Positions 1 to 7,019 of a DNA stretch of 16,134 bases are shown here, in pieces. Origin of the DNA: an uncultured bacterium (lineage in GTDB: Bacteria > Lernaellota > Lernaellaia > Lernaellales > Lernaellaceae). Below the pieces are notes generated by a model that ran no database searches, was not told where the DNA came from, and worked only from the letters and a program-made list of their open reading frames with translations. Location: NCBI GenBank assembly GCA_964534375.1, contig CAZHPN010000145.1:1-16134 (forward strand), written 5' to 3'. The position numbers and the translations under genes are program-made. Each line of letters starts with the position of its first letter. Position 1 is the stretch's first letter.

Positions 1-922
1 CGGCGCCGCCGGCGGCAAACCACGCTTGATAGGCGTCGATTTCGCGTCCGGCGAGGCTGAGGCACATGCAGCGCTCGCGGGCGATCAGGCCGCTCGCCCG
101 CATCAGCGCGAACAAAACCCGCGAACATGCGGCGTTGCTCACCAACGCGAACTTCTCGCCGGTGTTCAAGCGGTCTTGCTGCGCGCGATCGAGAAAATCG
201 ACAAGGCGAACCGTGAGGCGGCGAATCGACTGGAGGAAGGCCGCGCGCGCGTCGGGCAGGTCGCCGATCTGCCGGCGCGCGTCCGCGAGTTCGGCGTCGC
301 CCAATCTCGGCAGCGCGTACGCGAGCGTCTGGTCGAGGCGGTCGGCGACCGCGACGCCCATCAACGTGCTGATGATGTCGGGCCAGTTTTCGAGGCCGGC
401 TTCCATTTGCCGGAGCAACGCCAATCGGCCGACGCAATCCCCCGGCCGGCCCTCGTCGGCGTCGAGCGCGGCCAGCCCCGCATCCCAGTAGGCAAAGCCG
501 CGCAGGCCGGCGAAGTTGACCGTCTCCGCGGCGAGCGTATCGCCGAAGCGGGGGACCAGGTCGTGCGCCAGAATCGCGCGCAGGCGATCCTCGAACGGCC
601 GGATTTTCCCGGGTTCGCCGGCGCGGGTTTTCAACTCCGGCAAGTCGTACGGCGGGCACGATTTCTTCAGCAACGTCTCGGCCGCGCGCGGCTCGGCCTG
701 CGCCACGTCCGTCGCGAAGGCCTGCAACGCCGCGAAATCCTCTTGCGAGCCCTTGCGGTCGCGGCCGAGCGCGGCCACGTATTGCGCGTAGCGCGCGTCG
801 AGTTCGGCTTTGCTTTCCGGCGGCATGCGCCACCAGGGGCGCAGGCAGGCTGCCGCGACGATCGCGGCGACGACAACCAGGATCGCGAGGATGCCGAGGG
901 TCTTCTTTCCGGCGCCGGACAT
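1..922 (-). CDS. Hypothetical membrane-anchored, probably alpha-helical protein (3' end runs off the window, at least 307 codons)
   Basis: Manual minus-strand translation from ATG at 922 (AAGGAAGG RBS-like sequence just upstream) is open to position 1: MSGAGKKTLGILAILVVVAAIVAAACLRPWWRMPPESKAELD... Basic N-terminus plus hydrophobic helix; GC3-rich codons like the neighbouring genes. Absent from the ORF track, presumably because there is no stop in the window. Confidence 0.85.
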   Translation of the reverse strand, partial: MSGAGKKTLGILAILVVVAAIVAAACLRPWWRMPPESKAELDARYAQYVAALGRDRKGSQEDFAALQAFATDVAQAEPRAAETLLKKSCPPYDLPELKTRAGEPGKIRPFEDRLRAILAHDLVPRFGDTLAAETVNFAGLRGFAYWDAGLAALDADEGRPGDCVGRLALLRQMEAGLENWPDIISTLMGVAVADRLDQTLAYALPRLGDAELADARRQIGDLPDARAAFLQSIRRLTVRLVDFLDRAQQDRLNTGEKFALVSNAACSRVLFALMRASGLIARERCMCLSLAGREIDAYQAWFAAGGA

Positions 923-1022
923 GATTCGCCTTCCTTGTATCGGTCGGTGGTTGTGACAGGTTATGATTCATTGTCGCGCAGCGTCGATCGCGGTTCAAGA
1001 CAGAGGGCTTTTCCCGACAGAA

Positions 1023-1052
1023 TTGTTCACGTCGCCCGGCGCGTGGTAAACT
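1023..1052 (+). promoter_or_regulatory. Putative sigma70 promoter (extended -10) for the carboxyltransferase gene
   Basis: TTGTTC (1023-1028), 18-nt spacer containing TG, then TAAACT (1047-1052), 44 nt upstream of the ATG at 1097. Confidence 0.45.
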
Positions 1053-1096
1053 CCGCGCGAAATTCACGAAACGCCCAGTTGTTTGCGAGGGAACCC

Positions 1097-2647
1097 ATGA
1101 GCGACAAGACCCCGCTCGCGAAGCTCGATGAAATGCTCGCCGCGGCCGCGCTCGGCGGCGGGGCGGACCGCAGCGCCAAGCGCCACGCCGCGGGCAAGCT
1201 GACCGCGCGCGAGCGCCTGGCGCGCTTGTTCGACGAGGGCAGCTTCCGCGAGATCGACAGCTTCGTGGTGCATCGCTGCCCGGATTTCGGCATGGCCGAG
1301 CAAAAGGTGCTGGGCGATTCGGTGGTCACCGGCTACGGCACGATCCACGGCCGTACGGCATTCGCCTACGCGCAGGACGCGACGGTCTTCGGCGGCAGCC
1401 TGTCGTGGGTCGCGTCGGAAAAAATCTGCAAGGCGATGGACCTCGCGCTGAAAAACGGCGCGCCGTTCGTCGGCCTGAACGACTCGGGCGGCGCGCGGGT
1501 GCAGGAGGGCGTGGTCAGCCTCGGCGGCTACGGCGAGATCTTCAAACGCAACACGCTGATGTCCGGCGTCGTGCCGCAGATCAGCGCGATCATGGGGCCC
1601 TGCGCCGGCGGGGCGGTCTACAGCCCGGCGATCACGGATTTCGTGTTCATGGTCGAGGGGACCAGCCACATGTTCATCACGGGTCCGGCGGTGATCGAGA
1701 CCGTCACCGGCGAGAAAATCACGATGGAGGCGCTGGGCGGCGCGGCGGCGCACGCGGGCCGCAGCGGCGTCGCGCACTTCGCGCACCCCGACGAAGAAAG
1801 CTGCCTCGCGGCGGTGCGGCGGCTGCTGTCGTATTTCCCGAGCAACAACGCCGAAGACGCGCCGTGCTACGACAACGGCGACCCGCTCGACCGCGAAGAC
1901 GCCGAACTCGACGGCTTCGTGCCGGCCAACCCCAACCAGCCCTACGATGCGCGCGAGCTGATCCGCCGCGTTGTCGACGCCGACTCGTTCATGGAAGTGC
2001 ACGAGGCCTACGCGGCGAACCTCGTCGTCGGCTACGCAACGCTCGGCGGCCGCGCCGTCGGCGTGGTGGCGAACAACCCGGCGGTGAAGGCGGGCTGCCT
2101 CGACGTCGACGCCAGCATGAAGGGCGCGCGCTTCGTGCGGTGCTGCGACTGCTTCAATATCCCCATTATCACCTTTTGCGACGTGCCCGGCTTCCTGCCC
2201 GGCGTCGACCAGGAATACGGCGGCATCATCAAGCACGGCGCGAAAATGATCTACGCCTACGCCGAGGCGACCGTGCCGAAGATCACGGTCGTCGTGCGCA
2301 AAGCGTACGGCGGCGCGTATATCGTGATGGGGTCGAAGCAGTTGCGCGCGGACATCAACTACGCCTATCCGGGCGGCGAACTCGCCGTGATGGGGCCGGA
2401 CGGCGCGGTCAACATCGTCTTTCGCAAGCAGATGGAAAAGGCGGCGGACCAGGCGGCCGAGCGCCAGCGGCTGACCGACGAGTACCGCGAGAAATTCGCC
2501 AACCCCTATATCGCAGCCGGCTTCGGCTATCTCGACGAAGTGATTCGCCCGCGCGCCACGCGGCGCAAACTGTATGAGGCGCTGCTGCTGCTGCGCAATA
2601 AGACCGATAATCTGCCGCCGAAGAAGCACGGGAACATCCCTTTATGA
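1097..2647 (+). CDS. pccB: Acyl-CoA carboxylase carboxyltransferase (propionyl-CoA carboxylase beta / methylmalonyl-CoA decarboxylase alpha type), 516 aa
   Basis: ATG at 1097 with GAGGGA RBS. Motifs GKLTARERL, FGGSL, DSGGARVQEG, MGPCAGGAVYSPA, DVPGFLPG, RKAYGGAY and C-terminal PPKKHGNIPL. The first 357 aa of the 873-aa track ORF are a spurious extension. Confidence 0.93.
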   Translation: MSDKTPLAKLDEMLAAAALGGGADRSAKRHAAGKLTARERLARLFDEGSFREIDSFVVHRCPDFGMAEQKVLGDSVVTGYGTIHGRTAFAYAQDATVFGGSLSWVASEKICKAMDLALKNGAPFVGLNDSGGARVQEGVVSLGGYGEIFKRNTLMSGVVPQISAIMGPCAGGAVYSPAITDFVFMVEGTSHMFITGPAVIETVTGEKITMEALGGAAAHAGRSGVAHFAHPDEESCLAAVRRLLSYFPSNNAEDAPCYDNGDPLDREDAELDGFVPANPNQPYDARELIRRVVDADSFMEVHEAYAANLVVGYATLGGRAVGVVANNPAVKAGCLDVDASMKGARFVRCCDCFNIPIITFCDVPGFLPGVDQEYGGIIKHGAKMIYAYAEATVPKITVVVRKAYGGAYIVMGSKQLRADINYAYPGGELAVMGPDGAVNIVFRKQMEKAADQAAERQRLTDEYREKFANPYIAAGFGYLDEVIRPRATRRKLYEALLLLRNKTDNLPPKKHGNIPL

Positions 2648-2671
2648 GGGACGAAGGCCCTCACAAAGGGC

Positions 2672-2699
2672 AAGGAAGAAGGAAAAAGGAAAAAGAAAG
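2672..2699 (+). repeat. Purine-rich heptamer tandem repeat (AAGGAAR-like x4)
   Basis: AAGGAAG AAGGAAA AAGGAAA AAGAAAG directly after pccB. Confidence 0.65.
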
Positions 2700-2751
2700 C
2701 GGCTCGCCGCGCCGTAACCCCAACGTTCTCGGTCGACGTACCCCTTGAACC

Positions 2752-2780
2752 CTTTGCGGTCGTTGCGTCTTTGCGGTGAA
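2752..2780 (+). repeat. Short 8/9-mer tandem repeat (CTTTGCGGT type)
   Basis: CTTTGCGGT CGTTGCGT CTTTGCGGT GAA upstream of glmU. Confidence 0.55.
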
Positions 2781-2801
2781 AAAAATGAGAAAGGATCCCC
2801 G

Positions 2802-3803
2802 ATGCGCCCGCTCGCTGTTGTGATCATGGCCGCCGGCAAAGGCACGCGGATGAAATCCGACGCCGCCAAGGTGTTGCACGAGATTTGCGGCAAACCGCTG
2901 ATTTATTTCCCCGTGCGGCTGGCCGTGCAGATGCGCGCGCATGAAATCGTCGTCGTCGTCGGCCATCAGGCCGACGCCGTGACCGCCGCGGTGCGCGCCG
3001 AGTTTCCGCGGGCGCGGCTCGAATTCGCGACGCAAAAAACGCAGGAAGGCACCGCGCACGCCGTGTTGCAGGCCAGGCCGGCGCTGGCCGGTTTCGCCGG
3101 CGACGTCCTCATTCTTTCGGGCGACGTGCCGCTGCTGCCGCTCGAGACGCTGCGGGCGATGCGCCGCCGTCACGCGCAGGCGCACGCCGCGCTGACCGCG
3201 ATGGGCGCGGTGCTGGACGACGCGACGCCGTACGGCCGGTGGGTGCGCGGCGCCGACGGCCGGTTGCTGCGTGTGGTCGAGCAGAAGGACGCGAGCGAAG
3301 AAGAGAAAAAGATTCGCGAGATGAACGCCGGCGTTTATCTGGCGGACGCCGATTTCCTCTGGCGGGCGCTGGCGCGCATCGACAAAAACAACGCGCAACG
3401 CGAAATGTATTTGACCGACGCGATCGCCAAGACCAACGAACTGGCCGGCGTCGTGGCCGACTACCTCATGACGCAGCCGCAGCTCGCACTCGGCGTCAAT
3501 TCGCGCGTCGATCTCGCGGAAACGGCGCGCACGATTCGCCTGGCCCTGGCCGAAGAGGCGATGAGCGGCGGCGTGACCATTGTCGACCCGCAGACGACAT
3601 ATCTTGACGTCGAAGCGCGGGTCGGAGCGGACACGGTCATCGAGCCCGGGGTGTCGTTGCTGGGAAAAACGCGGGTCGGCCGCGGCTGCCGCGTCGGGCA
3701 GGGTGCGCGGCTGGAAAATGTGCAGGTCGGCGACGGCGCGATCGTCGGCCCGTACGTCGTGATCAGCGACACGCGCGTCCGCGCCGGCGAAGATCTGTGG
3801 TGA
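2802..3803 (+). CDS. glmU: GlmU homologue, 333 aa: complete GlcNAc-1-P uridyltransferase domain, truncated left-handed beta-helix
   Basis: ATG at 2802 after AAGGA. Motifs MAAGKGTRMKS, KVLH, GTAHAV, SGDVP, YGR, VEQKDA, EMNAG, NNAQREMYLTD, GVNSR, GVTIVDP plus a few hexapeptide coils, then TGA. Lies directly upstream of glmS. Confidence 0.9.
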   Translation: MRPLAVVIMAAGKGTRMKSDAAKVLHEICGKPLIYFPVRLAVQMRAHEIVVVVGHQADAVTAAVRAEFPRARLEFATQKTQEGTAHAVLQARPALAGFAGDVLILSGDVPLLPLETLRAMRRRHAQAHAALTAMGAVLDDATPYGRWVRGADGRLLRVVEQKDASEEEKKIREMNAGVYLADADFLWRALARIDKNNAQREMYLTDAIAKTNELAGVVADYLMTQPQLALGVNSRVDLAETARTIRLALAEEAMSGGVTIVDPQTTYLDVEARVGADTVIEPGVSLLGKTRVGRGCRVGQGARLENVQVGDGAIVGPYVVISDTRVRAGEDLW

Positions 3804-3916
3804 ATCCCCATTTTTTTTCGCCGGCCCGTCGCCAATTGCGCGCGGCGACATTAATTTCTCTACGTGTTAGTGTTCCTTGAACATGGAGTAGAGCAAATAA
3901 AAAGAGGGGGTCGAAG

Positions 3917-5746
3917 ATGTGTGGGATCGTTGGGTACGTCGGGCCGCAAAACCCGACCGAAATTTTGCTTCACGGTCTGAAGCGTTTGGAATACCGCGGC
4001 TACGACTCCGCCGGCCTGGCCGTGCAAGAGGATGGCAAAGTGCGACTGCGCCGGAGCGTCGGCAAGCTGCAAAATCTCGAACAAATGCTGCGGGACGATC
4101 CGCTCGAAGGCCATCAAGGCATCGGCCACACGCGCTGGGCGACGCACGGCAAGCCGTCGATCATCAACGCGCATCCGCACAAGGCGGGGCCGGTCAGCCT
4201 GGTGCATAACGGCATCATCGAAAATCACAAGGAATTGGCCGCGGAACTCATCGCCCAGGGCGCGAAGATCGTCTCGGAAACCGACACCGAAATCGTCGCG
4301 CACCTGATCGAGCGCAACATCGCCGCCGGGGCGGATCTCGTCAAAGCGGTGCGGCAGGCGATCGCGCGGCTGGAGGGCACGTACGCCTTCGTCGTGCAGA
4401 GCACGACCGAACCGGGCCTGCTGGTCGCGGCGCGGCGCGGCAGCCCGCTGGTGGTCGGCTACGGGCAGGGCGAGTCGTTTATCGCCAGCGACGTGCAGGC
4501 GATGATCTCGTACACCAACCAGGTCGATTATCTCAACGACGGGGAGATCGCCGTGGTGGATGCGGCGAAGATCCGGCTGATCGACGGCGCGGGCGAAACG
4601 ATCAAGCGGCCGTCGAAGCGCATCAGTTGGAACCCGATCGATGTGGAAAAGGGCGGCCACAAGCATTTCATGCACAAGGAAATCTTCGACCAGCCGCGCG
4701 CGGTGATCGATTCGATCGAAGATTGCTTCTCGCCGTCGCTGGGCGTCTCGTTCTGCACCGACCGCGCGCTGGTGGCCGACACCCTGGCGAACGTCAAGCG
4801 CGTGCAGCTCATCGCCTGCGGCACCGCGTTTCACGCCTGCCTGGTCGGCAAGACGTACATCGAGAGAATCGCCCGGCTGCCGGCCGAGGCCGAACTCGCC
4901 TCGGAGTTCCGCTATCGCGACCCGGTGCTCGACAGCGAGACGCTCGTCATCGTCGTCAGCCAATCGGGCGAAACGGCCGACACGCTCGGCGCGATGCGCG
5001 AAGCCAAGGCCCGCGGGGCCGTGACGCTGGCCATCGTCAACGTGCCGGGCTCGACGATCGCGCGCGAGGCCGACAATTCGGTCTTCACGCACGCCGGGCC
5101 GGAAATCGGCGTGGCGTCGACCAAGGCCTTCACGACGCAGCTCGTCGTGCTGTATCTGCTGGCCGTGCAGTTGGGGCAGTTGAAGGGCGTGTTGACGCTC
5201 GAGACCGCATCCGAGCGGCTGGCGGCGTTGGCGAAGGTGCCGAAGCTGATGGAGGAAATCCTGGCCGGCGAAGACGCGATTCGCCGCATCGCCCGCGATT
5301 TCCAGCACATGCACGGCTTCCTGTTCCTCGGCCGCGGCCCCAATTACCCGATCGCGCTCGAGGGCGCGCTCAAGCTGAAGGAAATCAGCTACCTGCACGC
5401 CGAGGGCTACGCCGCCGGCGAACTGAAACACGGCCCGATCGCCCTGATCGACGACCAGATGCTCGTGGTGGGTTTGATCCCCAACGACGAGATGCGCCCG
5501 AAGATGCTCTCGAACCTGCAGGAAGTGCGGGCCCGCGAGGGCAAAGTCGTCGCGATCGTCGAACGCAACGGCGGACTGCCGGCCGGCATCGCCGACGAGG
5601 TCATCGTCATCCCGGCCGCCGACCCGCTCGTGCTGCCGATGCTGATGGCGCTGCCGCTGCAGTTGCTCGCGTACCACGTGGCCAACTACATGGGCCTCGA
5701 TGTGGATCAGCCGCGCAATTTGGCGAAGTCCGTCACGGTCGAGTAG
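3917..5746 (+). CDS. glmS: Glutamine--fructose-6-phosphate transaminase (isomerizing), 609 aa
   Basis: N-terminal MCGIVG (catalytic Cys), LEYRGYDSAG, GHTRWATHG, HNGIIEN, SQSGETADT, ASTKAF, ALKLKEISY, C-terminal PRNLAKSVTVE; AAGAGGGGG RBS. Confidence 0.98.
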   Translation: MCGIVGYVGPQNPTEILLHGLKRLEYRGYDSAGLAVQEDGKVRLRRSVGKLQNLEQMLRDDPLEGHQGIGHTRWATHGKPSIINAHPHKAGPVSLVHNGIIENHKELAAELIAQGAKIVSETDTEIVAHLIERNIAAGADLVKAVRQAIARLEGTYAFVVQSTTEPGLLVAARRGSPLVVGYGQGESFIASDVQAMISYTNQVDYLNDGEIAVVDAAKIRLIDGAGETIKRPSKRISWNPIDVEKGGHKHFMHKEIFDQPRAVIDSIEDCFSPSLGVSFCTDRALVADTLANVKRVQLIACGTAFHACLVGKTYIERIARLPAEAELASEFRYRDPVLDSETLVIVVSQSGETADTLGAMREAKARGAVTLAIVNVPGSTIAREADNSVFTHAGPEIGVASTKAFTTQLVVLYLLAVQLGQLKGVLTLETASERLAALAKVPKLMEEILAGEDAIRRIARDFQHMHGFLFLGRGPNYPIALEGALKLKEISYLHAEGYAAGELKHGPIALIDDQMLVVGLIPNDEMRPKMLSNLQEVRAREGKVVAIVERNGGLPAGIADEVIVIPAADPLVLPMLMALPLQLLAYHVANYMGLDVDQPRNLAKSVTVE

Positions 5747-5780
5747 CAGTGAACAGTGAGCAGTGAGCAGTGAACAGTGG
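5747..5780 (+). repeat. Heptamer tandem repeat CAGTGAR, ~5 copies
   Basis: CAGTGAA CAGTGAG CAGTGAG CAGTGAA CAGTGG starting at the first base after the glmS stop codon. Confidence 0.85.
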
Positions 5781-5830
5781 TCGGCAGGCCGGGGCAGCTA
5801 AGCCTGACTGAAAAAGGGGCCGTGCGGTCG

Positions 5831-5968
5831 GCAGAGACCTTGGAAAATCTGGGAAACCTGGGAAATCTGGGAATACTGGGAAGCCTGGGAGTCAGGGGAC
5901 TTTTGCGGGCGACCTGACCCGCAGAGACCCATGATTCCCATGATTCCCATTATTCCCACGGTTTCCAG
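5831..5968. repeat. Two oppositely oriented 9-mer tandem arrays (TGGGAA core vs TTCCCA core) forming a large imperfect inverted repeat
   Basis: Left arm 5840-5893: TTGGAAAAT CTGGGAAAC CTGGGAAAT CTGGGAATA CTGGGAAGC CTGGGAGTC. Right arm 5928-5968: CCCATGATT CCCATGATT CCCATTATT CCCACGGTT TCCAG. GCAGAGACC lies at the start of both arms (5831, 5921). Confidence 0.8.
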
Positions 5969-5994
5969 CGCCCCGCCGCCGCGCGCTCGCGCCT

Positions 5995-6020
5995 TCCCGA
6001 ATCCCGAATCCCGAATCCCG
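5995..6020 (+). repeat. Heptamer tandem repeat TCCCGAA, ~3.7 copies
   Basis: TCCCGAA TCCCGAA TCCCGAA TCCCG; the same unit recurs at 15786-16134. Confidence 0.85.
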
Positions 6021-6032
6021 CCTTCTCACCGG

Positions 6033-6061
6033 TTGAACTTCCCCGCCATTTTGCGCAGAAT
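6033..6061 (+). promoter_or_regulatory. Putative sigma70 promoter for the hydrolase/M32 gene pair
   Basis: TTGAAC (6033-6038), 17 nt, CAGAAT (6056-6061), 28 nt before the ATG at 6090. Confidence 0.5.
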
Positions 6062-6089
6062 CGCCCGGTCAACCAACCGTGAGGCCGCA

Positions 6090-7007
6090 ATGCGCGATTT
6101 GGCGAAAGCGAAGTGGGTGGACCATCCGCGAAATCCCCTGATCGATCCGCAGCCGCCAAACTGGCTCGTGGCCGACCCGACCGTGCTGACGCCGGACAAG
6201 ACGCCCGACGGCAAGTGGCATCAGTTCGCGAACGGCGTCGGCTACATCATGCACTTCACGAGCGACGACGGCCTCGCCTGGACGCAACTCGGCGGCAAGC
6301 TGTTCCGCGGTTTCCGCGCCTTCGTGTTCCCGGAAAACGGCGAGTTCTATTTGTTCTACGAGCTGCACGCCAAGACCTATCATCGTTCCGGCGTCGTGGT
6401 GCGCCGCTCGGCCGATCTGCAAACCTGGACCGAGCCGCAGCCGCTGCTCGAAGCCCGGAGCGGCGGCGACGGCTTCCTGCCGCGCTTCCTCGGCAATCCG
6501 TGCCTGATCAAGACGGCCGGCGGCTATCGCCTGTATTTCAGCTCGTCGTGGATTTTTCTGCGCGACTGCCTCTTCTTCGAGCCGAAGTTCATCGGCGTCG
6601 CCGAATCCGACCATTTGCTGGGCCCATATCGCCGGCAGCCGCTGCCCTTGTTCGCGCCGGACGCGAAGCATCCGTATCGCAATTTCGGCGCGGGTTCGCT
6701 GAAGGTCTACGCCGACGGCGAGGGCGGCTACTGGGGCTTCAACAATGGCATCTACCTCGACGCCGAGCGCCGCAGCCGGTCGGCGATTCTGTTGCTGCGC
6801 TCGCCCGACGGGCTGCACTTCGAACAAGTGCACGACCAGCCGATCGTCGCCCCGGAGCCGGGCTGGAAAAAGGCGCTGGTGTACGCGTTCGATCTGGTCG
6901 ATTACAACGGCGAAATCCGCCTTTATTTCAACGCCCGCGACGGCTGGCTGAAGGGCCGCGAGCGGATCGGGTGCGTGGTCGCGGAATTTCCGGCGGAGCC
7001 AATATAA
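6090..7007 (+). CDS. Five-bladed beta-propeller glycoside hydrolase-like protein (GH43/GH32/GH130 superfamily), 305 aa, no signal peptide
   Basis: ATG at 6090 after GAGG. Blade motifs NPLI...ADP, TSDDGLAW, FYLFY, RSADLQTW, YRLYFS, IGVAES, RSPDGLHF, IRLYFNA. The track start at 5931 translates the repeats (MIPMIPIIP, PNPESRIP). Confidence 0.7.
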   Translation: MRDLAKAKWVDHPRNPLIDPQPPNWLVADPTVLTPDKTPDGKWHQFANGVGYIMHFTSDDGLAWTQLGGKLFRGFRAFVFPENGEFYLFYELHAKTYHRSGVVVRRSADLQTWTEPQPLLEARSGGDGFLPRFLGNPCLIKTAGGYRLYFSSSWIFLRDCLFFEPKFIGVAESDHLLGPYRRQPLPLFAPDAKHPYRNFGAGSLKVYADGEGGYWGFNNGIYLDAERRSRSAILLLRSPDGLHFEQVHDQPIVAPEPGWKKALVYAFDLVDYNGEIRLYFNARDGWLKGRERIGCVVAEFPAEPI

Positions 7008-7019
7008 AGGAGCGCTGTC

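Noticed and set aside
26..1096. 357-aa N-terminal extension of the 873-aa ORF (apparent PccB fusion)
   Set aside because: It is the stop-free antisense shadow of the minus-strand gene at 1-922; RBS, promoter and family-typical length all support the start at 1097.
3804..3916. glmS ribozyme
   Set aside because: The spacer is only 113 nt and I could not find the conserved ribozyme core sequence.
1064..5677. Long antisense ORFs (521, 396 and 605 aa) opposite pccB, glmU and glmS
   Set aside because: Mirror frames of GC3-rich genes with no recognisable motifs.
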